Below the pieces are notes generated by a model, which was given only the letters and a program-made list of their open reading frames with translations, searched no databases and was not told the origin of the DNA. 64,000 nucleotides of DNA from the sequence record NC_025447.1, one strand, 5' to 3'. Shown here piece by piece: positions 47,365 to 55,313 of the stretch (positions within the stretch are counted from its first letter, which is position 1; the number at the start of each line of letters is the position of its first letter). The DNA is from Escherichia phage 121Q. A program made the translations under genes and the position numbers.

Positions 47365-47688
47365 ATGGCTAAAACTATCATCAACACCGTTTCCCTGGCT
47401 GCAATCCGTGCAATCAATGTTGACGGTAAACGTTGGACTGATTCATATGGCAATACTTATCATTCTTGTCATGTAAGCGTCGAACTGGATAACGGTTTGA
47501 ATGATCTGGCGGTTGAATCATTTACTTATGGCTATGAAGATGCATATCAACAAACGGCGTTATCTCTCTTAAAGGAATCAGTAGACGGGCTTAATACTGA
47601 TGAAACCTCCCTTACTCGTTTGTGCAATGATCTTAATATCCCGTTGCATTGTACTGTACAGAATGTTAAACGCAAAAAAGATCTTTAA
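47365..47688 (+). CDS. hypothetical protein, paralog of 53575 gene
   Basis: RWTDSYGNTYHSCHVS and FTYGY blocks shared with 53575-53898 protein. Confidence 0.65.
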   Translation: MAKTIINTVSLAAIRAINVDGKRWTDSYGNTYHSCHVSVELDNGLNDLAVESFTYGYEDAYQQTALSLLKESVDGLNTDETSLTRLCNDLNIPLHCTVQNVKRKKDL

Positions 47689-47768
47689 TTAGCTTTACTT
47701 TATGCAGATACTTTTATATAGTGTCTGCATAGGGGAAAGAAATTAAATTAACTTAAGAGGATCGTATA

Positions 47769-48038
47769 ATGAAAAATATCAGTACTTTAATCGATGCAGG
47801 TACACATGTTCGTCGGTCAATGGTTGCAACCAGTACTACAAAACAAGTAGCAAGCGGTTATCTTGTATTTGTACACGAAGGAAAGCTATTGGAACGTTCA
47901 ATCAATTTTGATGTTAAAAACAATTGCCGTTTTATTATTTTTAAGCGTGAACAATATAAAATTGATTTGCCAGCAAAGCCCATAAGCGGGGCGTACAACG
48001 TGCAATCATTGTTTGAGCGTCAACCATACACCTATTAA
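47769..48038 (+). CDS. hypothetical protein
   Basis: SD AAGAGGA; preceded by ATGCAGATAC/GTGTCTGCAT hairpin. Confidence 0.6.
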   Translation: MKNISTLIDAGTHVRRSMVATSTTKQVASGYLVFVHEGKLLERSINFDVKNNCRFIIFKREQYKIDLPAKPISGAYNVQSLFERQPYTY

Positions 48039-48089
48039 TCAAAACATCGTTAGCGGTCGATTTAGGCCGCTTATATTGGGGATTATACC

Positions 48090-48260
48090 ATGAACGTTAA
48101 TCAAGTACTGAATGAAGTTGAAAGCATCATTAAACCAATGAAACGTATTGATGCTGTTCCTACACCGGAAGAATGCCGCCTTTATGAGCGTTACAGTGTG
48201 GAACAAGCCCAGGAAATGGCCCGTATCCGTCCGGTTGCCAGTACTGATAAGGCGGCGTAA
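48090..48260 (+). CDS. hypothetical small protein (56 aa)
   Basis: not in ORF track; ATG with SD GGGGA. Confidence 0.45.
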   Translation: MNVNQVLNEVESIIKPMKRIDAVPTPEECRLYERYSVEQAQEMARIRPVASTDKAA

Positions 48261-48261
48261 T

Positions 48262-48471
48262 ATGCTTACTGTACAGGATAAGATCGACATCTTAAAGGTT
48301 AATATGTATGTGATTGATGCAGATCCTGAAAAAGTATTTGCATACGATGATTCTAATCGTAGTCCTTTTTATTGTAGTCATGTAGTTGGATACGTGCCGT
48401 TAGGGTATGTTATCGAAAGAGTGGTTGATGAAGCATACAAACATTTTTTAGAAAATAATACTTGCAATTAG
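48262..48471 (+). CDS. hypothetical protein
   Basis: ATG 48262 immediately after upstream stop (track start 48148 lies inside the previous gene). Confidence 0.5.
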   Translation: MLTVQDKIDILKVNMYVIDADPEKVFAYDDSNRSPFYCSHVVGYVPLGYVIERVVDEAYKHFLENNTCN

Positions 48472-48538
48472 TTTTCAGTACTGTATAATTGTTTACATAG
48501 AGGGGGGAATGGTTCTCCCCGATACTAGGAGAATCAAA

Positions 48539-48691
48539 ATGAAACAATACAACGCTCGGTTTGATGTTACTATCGGCAACGGCAAAGGTCAATTTTCTTT
48601 CAGTACTCGTAGGAGTTATACAGAAAACTTCCTGCGTAATTGTGCACTGACCGCCGCACAAATTAAACATTACTTTCAGGCTAAAAAATGA
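48539..48691 (+). CDS. hypothetical small protein (50 aa)
   Basis: promoter, GGGGGGAATGGTTCTCCCC stem-loop, SD AGGAG, ATG 48539. Confidence 0.55.
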   Translation: MKQYNARFDVTIGNGKGQFSFSTRRSYTENFLRNCALTAAQIKHYFQAKK

Positions 48692-48777
48692 AATCATTGG
48701 CTTATTACAGTTCGGCCCTGGTCGGTGCATTGATCGCGGCATTGTTAGTAACTTATCTATTCTTTATGGTGATTTAA

Positions 48778-48915
48778 ATGAATCCTAACGGTTTAATTTA
48801 CAGTACTCCTAAAACGAAAGCAGATAAAGCGAAAGCACGTAAAGCGAAAGTAAAGCAGTACATCAAGCAAGGCATGACACGCAAAGCGGCATTGCTTAAA
48901 GCTAAAAATAAATGA
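48778..48915 (+). CDS. small basic protein (45 aa), Lys/Ala-rich
   Basis: follows a 29-aa hydrophobic mini-ORF (48688-48777); terminator immediately downstream. Confidence 0.35.
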   Translation: MNPNGLIYSTPKTKADKAKARKAKVKQYIKQGMTRKAALLKAKNK

Positions 48916-48922
48916 AAAAAGT

Positions 48923-48946
48923 GGTTGACTTCGGTCAGCCATTTTG
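48923..48946 (+). terminator. intrinsic terminator, UUCG-loop hairpin
   Basis: GGTTGACTTCGGTCAGCC then ATTTT. Confidence 0.7.
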
Positions 48947-48978
48947 CTATTATATATTCATTGAGAGATAGCTCACTA

Positions 48979-48991
48979 GCCCACAGGGTGC
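48979..48991 (+). repeat. dispersed CTAGCCCACAGGGTGC element copy
   Basis: ACTAGCCCACAGGGTGCAGGAGTGTATCTAT. Confidence 0.55.
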
Positions 48992-49138
48992 AGGAGTGTA
49001 TCTATTGTATAATGATTGAGTACTGAAAACTATTTTAAAGTATTTGATAAAAAGTACTTGCAAACTATCTCAATGAGCGTATAATGTTTTATATCGCAAG
49101 GGGAAACGGTTTCCTCTCCAAATAAAAGGAATACCAAA

Positions 49139-49477
49139 ATGATCTCTATCGCTCAATCTAACTTTGAAAACGAAATCATCGCTCAGGCACTGCGTTTAAA
49201 TGATGGTCGGGCCGAAATCAATTACGGTTTCAATAGTGGTGGATGTGAAAAATATCAGTACTTTGTAACGGCTGATGGCTGTGTCCTGGGTATCAATACA
49301 GTTATTGTAAACATTCAGAAAATTAATTTCAATGATCCAGACGATAGCCAGTTTTACATCACGGGCGTAGACGTGAACTATGAGGATGACTCACTAACTG
49401 ATGATCACACTGGCGAGAAGTTAGAAAGTGCATACGGTGAAGATGATTATCAGTCAGTACCAGAAGATTTTGAATAA
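49139..49477 (+). CDS. hypothetical acidic protein
   Basis: promoter, GGGGAAACGGTTTCCTC stem-loop, SD AAGGA. Confidence 0.6.
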   Translation: MISIAQSNFENEIIAQALRLNDGRAEINYGFNSGGCEKYQYFVTADGCVLGINTVIVNIQKINFNDPDDSQFYITGVDVNYEDDSLTDDHTGEKLESAYGEDDYQSVPEDFE

Positions 49478-49491
49478 TATTAAAAAATAGT

Positions 49492-49519
49492 TTGACAATA
49501 GTTTTTAGTACTGTATAAT
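49492..49519 (+). promoter_or_regulatory. sigma70-like early promoter TTGACA-N16-TATAAT plus stem-loop
   Basis: TTGACA 49492, TATAAT 49514, GGGGAGAATAGTTCTCCCC hairpin. Confidence 0.65.
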
Positions 49520-49572
49520 TAATTACATCAAGGGGAGAATAGTTCTCCCCACTAACAGAGAGAGAAAACAAA

Positions 49573-49785
49573 ATGGCTAATATCCGCACTGTACTGAAAA
49601 ATGCAAAACAAGTTTTATTTTCTGATCATGAAAATTTCAACAAGGATATCACTGGCGTTCGGAATATCAAAGATGTAAAAAATGTTATGGGTATCTATTG
49701 CAATATGAAACGTGTTGGCACGTTCGGCGATAAAGTACTATACCAGGCAGGGGATTACAATTTTACACTGACTATCATTAACTAA
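49573..49785 (+). CDS. hypothetical protein
   Basis: 70-aa ORF after promoter/stem-loop/SD. Confidence 0.6.
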   Translation: MANIRTVLKNAKQVLFSDHENFNKDITGVRNIKDVKNVMGIYCNMKRVGTFGDKVLYQAGDYNFTLTIIN

Positions 49786-49876
49786 AAATATTATCACAGT
49801 ACTATTGACAACGTTTGATAGTACTGGCATAATAACTTTTATCAAGACAACGCATATTAATTTAAGGAATACTAAA

Positions 49877-50056
49877 ATGGCTATTATCGCAAAAACTGAA
49901 ATCATCGGCCTGGATTCTATCATCATGACGTTTGAAGATCAAAAAGGGATGTATGTAGTTTCCTATGGTGATTATGTTCGGGAGTATGAAACAGTAGACG
50001 AAGCCTTTGAAAGTTACATTCGCCAGGTTAATAAAGCATACGACGATTACCGCTAA
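49877..50056 (+). CDS. hypothetical small protein (59 aa)
   Basis: ATG 49877 with the same AAGGAATACTAAAATGGCT initiation region as the 47365 gene; track start 49805 lies in the promoter. Confidence 0.55.
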   Translation: MAIIAKTEIIGLDSIIMTFEDQKGMYVVSYGDYVREYETVDEAFESYIRQVNKAYDDYR

Positions 50057-50155
50057 AATATATTACCAGTACTATTAAATCTATTGACAATGTTTGATAG
50101 TACTGTATAATAAGTTTTATAAACAGTAGTTAACTTAACCTAAGAGAGAAAAATC

Positions 50156-50299
50156 ATGACAGCATTAGATTCATTCATCGACGCAGTACTGGCAAAAACT
50201 GGCGAGGATCTGACCGCAGAACAATACGCGATGATCGAACAATGTCAGCAAGACGGTAAATCGGTGAAAGATACTGTTAAGATTATCCGCAAGATGTAA
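50156..50299 (+). CDS. hypothetical small protein (47 aa)
   Basis: not in ORF track; SD AAGAGAG; terminator-like hairpin follows. Confidence 0.45.
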   Translation: MTALDSFIDAVLAKTGEDLTAEQYAMIEQCQQDGKSVKDTVKIIRKM

Positions 50300-50305
50300 G
50301 ATTAT

Positions 50306-50334
50306 AGCCCACTGGTTAACGCTGGTGGGCTTTA
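50306..50334 (+). terminator. terminator-like hairpin
   Basis: GCCCACTGG-n5-CTGGTGGGC imperfect hairpin followed by TTTAATCATTT. Confidence 0.45.
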
Positions 50335-50404
50335 ATCATTTACCCTATACAATGCCAGTACTAAACCGTTTAACTCGTTAGAATGCGTTACAGGACGTTT
50401 AACA

Positions 50405-50602
50405 ATGATTAGCATGAAATCAGTACAAAAACAAATAGAAACATTATCAAAAATTAAACGTAAACAGTACTCATTAGAATATACAATCAATGGTAACTAT
50501 CATCTAATGAAAGAAAATAATTTTATAGTCATTGATGAATCATTGCAGATCATTAGTATAGTACTGAAAGCATTAATCAATGACAGAAAAAAGTTAAAAT
50601 AA
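50405..50602 (+). CDS. hypothetical protein
   Basis: 65-aa ORF, weak SD. Confidence 0.4.
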   Translation: MISMKSVQKQIETLSKIKRKQYSLEYTINGNYHLMKENNFIVIDESLQIISIVLKALINDRKKLK

Positions 50603-50662
50603 TCTATTGACAATATTATCCAGTACTGGCATAATACTTACATCAAGACGAGAACGTCACTA

Positions 50663-50675
50663 ACCCATAGGGTGC
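50663..50675 (+). repeat. dispersed element copy (variant)
   Basis: ACCCATAGGGTGCACAAATGTAACTAT. Confidence 0.45.
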
Positions 50676-50689
50676 ACAAATGTAACTAT

Positions 50690-50780
50690 ATAATATCGAT
50701 CAATAAATGATCAAAAAAGTACTGGATCAATTTAGCATAAGGCGTATAATTCTGATCAAATCTTGATCAAAGGCAATAAA
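50690..50780. repeat. cluster of five TGATCAA (GATC) sites
   Basis: CGATCAA, TGATCAA, GGATCAA, TGATCAA, TGATCAA within about 90 bp of non-coding DNA. Confidence 0.5.
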
Positions 50781-50931
50781 CGTAGTTGAAATTATATAGA
50801 AAGTACAAAGGCGTTACCATTCGTGGTAATGCTGGGGAATATGTAGTATCATACGGTTTGAATAAAATCAGTACTAGTAGTATTATTGTAGCATTACAGT
50901 ACTATAGTATTTTTATAATGAGGTTAAAATA

Positions 50932-51189
50932 ATGGCTGTTGGATTCGCGAAGGACGGGGCCGAGCAAGACGAGATTAACGCAGTGATTCAGGCCGCTGTA
51001 AACCACGCTAGAACGCAAATTAACGCACAAATAGAATCACTGATACATTGCCTCGACTGCGGCGATAAAATCCCTGAGAATCGCCGCCTGGCCGTTAAGG
51101 GGTGTAAGTACTGCATCACTTGCCAGGCTGATCATGATAGCATATTCAAACGCAATCCCCGTAATTGTTGGCATAGATCTATGAGATAA
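50932..51189 (+). CDS. TraR/DksA-family C4 zinc-finger protein
   Basis: CLDCGDKIPENRRLAVKGCKYCITCQ matches the TraR/DksA C4 zinc-finger pattern (compare F-plasmid TraR CEACGNPIPEARRK...CVECQ); SD GAGG. Confidence 0.75.
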   Translation: MAVGFAKDGAEQDEINAVIQAAVNHARTQINAQIESLIHCLDCGDKIPENRRLAVKGCKYCITCQADHDSIFKRNPRNCWHRSMR

Positions 51190-51195
51190 AAAGTA

Positions 51196-51223
51196 TTGAC
51201 AGTACTGTTAGTTAGTGTATAAT
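51196..51223 (+). promoter_or_regulatory. sigma70-like promoter TTGACA-N16-TATAAT
   Basis: TTGACA 51196, TATAAT 51218, SD TGAGGA. Confidence 0.6.
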
Positions 51224-51252
51224 ATTTTATATCTTAACTGAGGATTGAAATC

Positions 51253-51609
51253 ATGGGTATACAACATATCACGCGTACTACAGACAATGGTGAGATCACT
51301 GGCTATCAAGTACAAGGCAAAGTAGCACAATTGCAGTACTGGTTTGTTAAACGTGGCATTGTTGCACCGGATCTTGATTATGATCGTGTAGCGTTTATTG
51401 ATTCTCTTTATGTTGATCCCGATAATCGCGGTAACGGTGAAGGTACTGAGTTAATGAATGCCTTTATTGATGCCGCCGATGATTCAGATTGTATCATCTT
51501 AGAATGCGATACTGGAGAAGATAACGAGTTTAATCTTAAAGAATGGTATGAAGGTTTTGGATTTGAAGTACTGATTAACTGCGAATATCCTATAATGATT
51601 TTATCCTAG
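51253..51609 (+). CDS. GNAT-family N-acetyltransferase-like protein
   Basis: VDPDNRGNGEGTELMNAFIDAA resembles GNAT motif A; WYEGFGFE motif. Confidence 0.55.
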   Translation: MGIQHITRTTDNGEITGYQVQGKVAQLQYWFVKRGIVAPDLDYDRVAFIDSLYVDPDNRGNGEGTELMNAFIDAADDSDCIILECDTGEDNEFNLKEWYEGFGFEVLINCEYPIMILS

Positions 51610-51688
51610 TACTTGCAATTAGTTTTAAGTACTGTATAATAGTTTACATGAAGGGGAGAATAGTTCTCCCCACTACAAGGAAAGACAA

Positions 51689-51877
51689 ATGCAAAACTTA
51701 TCAAGTATTTTAGTACAAGATGATTTCGGTAATCCTGGAAGTGCTATCATCGTTCGGGGCAATAAGGCAACGTTTGTTATTGCTGGTGGACCTGTACAGC
51801 GTAGCATTAAAAACAATGCAGTTACAATCAATAATGTTCGCTATCGCTTAGATAAAGAATTGATTCATAAACTTTAA
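51689..51877 (+). CDS. hypothetical protein
   Basis: promoter, GGGGAGAATAGTTCTCCCC stem-loop, SD AAGGAAA. Confidence 0.6.
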   Translation: MQNLSSILVQDDFGNPGSAIIVRGNKATFVIAGGPVQRSIKNNAVTINNVRYRLDKELIHKL

Positions 51878-51962
51878 AAAAGTATTTGACAAAGCATTGT
51901 AGTACTGTATAATAGTTTACATGAAGGGGAGAAATGATTCTCCCCACTAAGAGGAAAGAAAC

Positions 51963-52175
51963 ATGCAAGGTCAACTAATCGTTCGTAAATGGTCTGATAC
52001 TAACGAAAAACCGTGGGATGTTCAATATATCGGACCGGACGGTGTTTCACGTTATCAACCTGGCGTAACGCATAGTACTGAGCAATATGCCGCCGCTCAC
52101 CGCGAACGCCTGTTAGAATCTATGAAACAGGGATTCTGTGAAAAATTCATTCAAGATCATTGGCTGAAAGATTAA
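51963..52175 (+). CDS. hypothetical protein
   Basis: promoter, GGGGAGAAATGATTCTCCCC stem-loop, SD AGAGGAA. Confidence 0.6.
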   Translation: MQGQLIVRKWSDTNEKPWDVQYIGPDGVSRYQPGVTHSTEQYAAAHRERLLESMKQGFCEKFIQDHWLKD

Positions 52176-52194
52176 TATATAAGGAGTACAGCTT

Positions 52195-52287
52195 ATGCAA
52201 ATGAATCCGATGATTGTTGTGTTAGCTGTACTTATGATCATTCATGCCATCGTAGAAGTACTAACACAATCAGGAGTAATACAATGA
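52195..52287 (+). CDS. small hydrophobic peptide (30 aa)
   Basis: not in ORF track; SD AAGGAG 8 nt before ATG. Confidence 0.35.
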   Translation: MQMNPMIVVLAVLMIIHAIVEVLTQSGVIQ

Positions 52288-52454
52288 TCCAAGTAGAATT
52301 ATCAGTACTGAAAGATCTGTTTTATCGGTTAGGCACTACTGGCGAATACCCTAAAGGGGATACTGCTAAACTATACATTGCATTGGATGTATGGCAACGT
52401 AATGAACTGGCTAACGCCTGGCGTAAAGGTAAATCAGAGGGGATTGCAGCATGA
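52284..52454 (+). CDS. hypothetical small protein (56 aa)
   Basis: not in ORF track; ATGA overlap with upstream stop. Confidence 0.4.
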   Translation: MIQVELSVLKDLFYRLGTTGEYPKGDTAKLYIALDVWQRNELANAWRKGKSEGIAA

Positions 52455-52600
52455 AAGAATTTTTATTCGAAGTAGTGTTCCAGGGCGTAGGAAGTAACCA
52501 ACTGATTCGATCAAGTGGTTACAATGTTAACCAGGCATGGAATAACATTAAACAAATGTACCCGAACGCTATCACATATCGCAACCCAAAACAAGTTTAA
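52451..52600 (+). CDS. hypothetical small protein (49 aa)
   Basis: not in ORF track; ATGA overlap; followed by terminator. Confidence 0.4.
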   Translation: MKEFLFEVVFQGVGSNQLIRSSGYNVNQAWNNIKQMYPNAITYRNPKQV

Positions 52601-52614
52601 AAAGAATAAAAAAA

Positions 52615-52640
52615 GGGATTGACTCCGGTCAGTCCCTTTG
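52615..52640 (+). terminator. intrinsic terminator, UCCG-loop variant
   Basis: GGGATTGAC-TCCG-GTCAGTCCC then TTTG; followed by GCTATTATATA. Confidence 0.7.
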
Positions 52641-52666
52641 CTATTATATACGCATAGACAAAAACT

Positions 52667-52679
52667 AGCCCACAGGGTG
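52667..52679 (+). repeat. dispersed CTAGCCCACAGGGTGC element copy
   Basis: ACTAGCCCACAGGGTGCATAAATGTATCTAT. Confidence 0.55.
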
Positions 52680-52783
52680 CATAAATGTATCTATTATATG
52701 CTGGTGGCTAGTACTATCAAGTACTGAAAACTATTTTTAAAAAGTACTTGCATTGTACTTAGAATCAAGTATAATGTTTTACA

Positions 52784-52858
52784 TCAGGACGGGGAACGAA
52801 ACAAGTAACCCCGTTAAGTAGTCCAGGAGTAAGACATACGAAAACCTCCCCTGATAAA
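52784..52858 (+). ncRNA. candidate small RNA or leader element (copy 2)
   Basis: near-identical to 42810-42890; promoter (TTGCAT 52748, TATAAT 52770) upstream; no ORF. Confidence 0.3.
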
Positions 52859-52863
52859 ATAGT

Positions 52864-52891
52864 TTGACAATAGAAATTAAACAAGTATAAT
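52864..52891 (+). promoter_or_regulatory. sigma70-like promoter TTGACA-N16-TATAAT
   Basis: TTGACA 52864, TATAAT 52886, SD AGAGGAA before ATG 52922. Confidence 0.6.
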
Positions 52892-52921
52892 ACTTACATC
52901 AACCACAAAGAGGAATACAAA

Positions 52922-53122
52922 ATGAAACATTTTACTTTCGGTGTAGTAGGCTTTACAGTATCCAGCGGCGTTTATAAATCAGAACGCGGTGCTAAAAATG
53001 CAGCAAGTCGGGCGTATGGTTCACAGCGTGACTTACAGGTCGGTTATATTAGTAACATTAATAACATGTTTATTCCTGTTTCACAGCGTAAAGCGGGTAA
53101 CATGAAATGGGAAACAATTTGA
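52922..53122 (+). CDS. hypothetical protein
   Basis: 66-aa ORF behind consensus promoter. Confidence 0.6.
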   Translation: MKHFTFGVVGFTVSSGVYKSERGAKNAASRAYGSQRDLQVGYISNINNMFIPVSQRKAGNMKWETI

Positions 53123-53131
53123 TAAAATAGT

Positions 53132-53159
53132 TTGACAATAGTTTTTAGTACTGTATAAT
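53132..53159 (+). promoter_or_regulatory. sigma70-like early promoter TTGACA-N16-TATAAT plus stem-loop
   Basis: TTGACA 53132, TATAAT 53154, GTGGGGAATAGTTCCCCAC hairpin. Confidence 0.65.
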
Positions 53160-53211
53160 ATTTTACATCAAGTGGGGAATAGTTCCCCACCTAACAAAGA
53201 GAGAAATTAAA

Positions 53212-53487
53212 ATGCGGATTCTACTGACAGCTAACGAAATCGAGCAAGTACTGACTACTAACCTGGAAGACTGGAAACGTGATGCAGATATCCAGGCGGT
53301 GCAATGGCTCAATGATAAGTTAACGCCGGATGATTTAAGTAAGATTGTAGATCCACAATTCTATGAAGATATTCACGACACGGCTTTAAGCGTCGAGGAT
53401 GTACTTGATAAGCACTACATTGATATTGATTTGCAGGTTTACGGTCGTAAAAACTTTATCACTATTCACGACATTTATAATAATTAA
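53212..53487 (+). CDS. hypothetical acidic protein
   Basis: 91-aa ORF after promoter/stem-loop/SD. Confidence 0.6.
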   Translation: MRILLTANEIEQVLTTNLEDWKRDADIQAVQWLNDKLTPDDLSKIVDPQFYEDIHDTALSVEDVLDKHYIDIDLQVYGRKNFITIHDIYNN

Positions 53488-53574
53488 GTATTGACAAAGT
53501 ATCTTAGTACTGTATAATAGTTTACATCAAGGCAGGGGAATGGTTCCCCTCCTAACTAAAAGAGAGAAATTAAA

Positions 53575-53898
53575 ATGACTATGATCCTTACCCAGAAAGT
53601 AGAAATGAAAATTGTAACTTCCTTTGACATTAAAGTCAATCGGTGGACTGATAGCCACGGCAATACTTACCACTCATGCTACGTGTCTGCATTGATTGGT
53701 GACCGCTGGGAAGACCTGGGACATGAAACCTTTACTTACGGTTACGGTACACAAGGCGAATACACGGGCTTGGAGATCATTAAAGAAACTGTAATAGGTT
53801 TCAACCCGAAAGAGAAAGTACTACACAGAATTGAGGATGAGATCAACAAAGAAATTACAGTTCGTTACTACGATGTAAAACGTAAGAAAGATATGTAA
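53575..53898 (+). CDS. hypothetical protein, paralog of 47365 gene
   Basis: shared NRWTDSHGNTYHSCYVS and FTYGYG blocks; promoter and stem-loop upstream. Confidence 0.65.
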   Translation: MTMILTQKVEMKIVTSFDIKVNRWTDSHGNTYHSCYVSALIGDRWEDLGHETFTYGYGTQGEYTGLEIIKETVIGFNPKEKVLHRIEDEINKEITVRYYDVKRKKDM

Positions 53899-53997
53899 TA
53901 GAATCCATTTAAAGTACTATTTGACATTGCCCAGATAGTACTTTATAATAGACTCTAACTTGTAGTACTAATTAACTTAACTAATAGGATGTACACC

Positions 53998-54393
53998 ATG
54001 ATTACTAAATTCTTCGCTACCCGTGAACAAGCTCGCATCGTTGCCCGTGAAGAAGGTGAAACATTTAAAGACATGGGCAAAGATGCACCGAAAGGACAAC
54101 GCTGGGCGGTACAGTTCAAAGAGATCTCTGATATTGTGAATTCACCTGAGCCTGTACTTACAGCAGCAGAACTAAAGCAAGCTCAAGAACTGGCTGAAGT
54201 ACTGAACGCTCAAGATGACTTTTTGAAAGGTTCTGATATTGAAGTTACAGTTAACGCAAATGCATGGACTCACGCGGATCACCTGGCAAACCTTAAGCGT
54301 CCAAGTGAACTGATTCGTAACCAGAAAGAGATCCGTCATGACCGTAAAGGAAACCGTGTAACAGTATACAGTAAACGCCGCCAGGTTATCTAA
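53998..54393 (+). CDS. hypothetical protein, paralog of 41941 gene
   Basis: ATG 53998 (SD TAGGA); shared FATREQARIVAREEGETFKDMG and HDRKGNRVTVY blocks. Confidence 0.6.
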   Translation: MITKFFATREQARIVAREEGETFKDMGKDAPKGQRWAVQFKEISDIVNSPEPVLTAAELKQAQELAEVLNAQDDFLKGSDIEVTVNANAWTHADHLANLKRPSELIRNQKEIRHDRKGNRVTVYSKRRQVI

Positions 54394-54416
54394 TAACTTT
54401 GCAGTACTAACAACAC

Positions 54417-54442
54417 GGCGGGAATATTTCCCGCCTTTTTTA
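54417..54442 (+). terminator. intrinsic terminator
   Basis: GGCGGGAA-TAT-TTCCCGCC hairpin then TTTTTT. Confidence 0.75.
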
Positions 54443-54455
54443 TAGGATAAACAAA

Positions 54456-54710
54456 ATGATTAAGGTTCAACTATCAAACGATAATGTATTACGGGTACAC
54501 TATAAAGCTCCACAGAGAATCATCACAAAGGCCGTACAGCTTGCTAATGAGTTTATTAATGGTAGTCTATTGCCTAGGAAGTTAAGCAACGGGAAACTAC
54601 GTGTAATCGACGTAGACACTAACAATAGAATAGTGATCGAGAGTACTGGAAAAATTAATCTATATGAACACCAACAATACAATAAAAAAATAAAACTAAT
54701 ATCACGTTGA
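54456..54710 (+). CDS. hypothetical protein
   Basis: 84-aa ORF, SD TAGGA. Confidence 0.55.
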   Translation: MIKVQLSNDNVLRVHYKAPQRIITKAVQLANEFINGSLLPRKLSNGKLRVIDVDTNNRIVIESTGKINLYEHQQYNKKIKLISR

Positions 54711-54763
54711 CAGTACTCAAATGTTTTAGTATTATGTATCTATACCAACACAGGAGAAACAAA

Positions 54764-54982
54764 ATGAAATTATCTAAAATCGAAAAGAAAACTATTGATG
54801 AAGCAGTGAAGCACGGTTATACCTTTCGTAATGATTCACACTTCACCAGTTTTCAACAGGGAAACCGTACCATCAAAAAACTCATTGATAAAGGTTTACT
54901 CACTAAGGTTGATAACGGGAACGGTGTAGAATATCAACCGACAGAAGACGCATTATCACTAAAGAAATATTCTATTATCTAA
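54764..54982 (+). CDS. hypothetical protein, possible winged-helix DNA-binding
   Basis: ATG 54764 after TTGACA...TATTAT promoter and SD AGGAG; winged-helix call is a weak guess from RTIKKLIDKGLLTK. Confidence 0.55.
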   Translation: MKLSKIEKKTIDEAVKHGYTFRNDSHFTSFQQGNRTIKKLIDKGLLTKVDNGNGVEYQPTEDALSLKKYSII

Positions 54983-55039
54983 TTGACAGTACTCAAATGT
55001 TTTAGTACTATGTACGCATACCAACACGGGGAAAACAAA

Positions 55040-55282
55040 ATGATTACTTTAGAAAAACGTATCAAAGAGACTACAACGCTGGTGGAACTGTTAACCGTTC
55101 TTAAATGCCGGGTAACTCCATTCAGTACACCGGACTTTATCAACATGGTGGACGTTAACGGTCGCTATCGTATTGCGGTCGAACAAGGTACGGCAAAAGT
55201 ATTCAGTACTAAAAATACGCGTGAAGTATTCCACGCAGTTCAAGTAAAAAAAGTAGTTGCCATTGATAGTAAAGTACTGTAA
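55040..55282 (+). CDS. hypothetical protein
   Basis: ATG 55040 behind a duplicated copy of the 54711-54763 promoter/leader. Confidence 0.55.
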   Translation: MITLEKRIKETTTLVELLTVLKCRVTPFSTPDFINMVDVNGRYRIAVEQGTAKVFSTKNTREVFHAVQVKKVVAIDSKVL

Positions 55283-55313
55283 TATAGTTTCATTAACTCA
55301 AGGAGTCAACACA

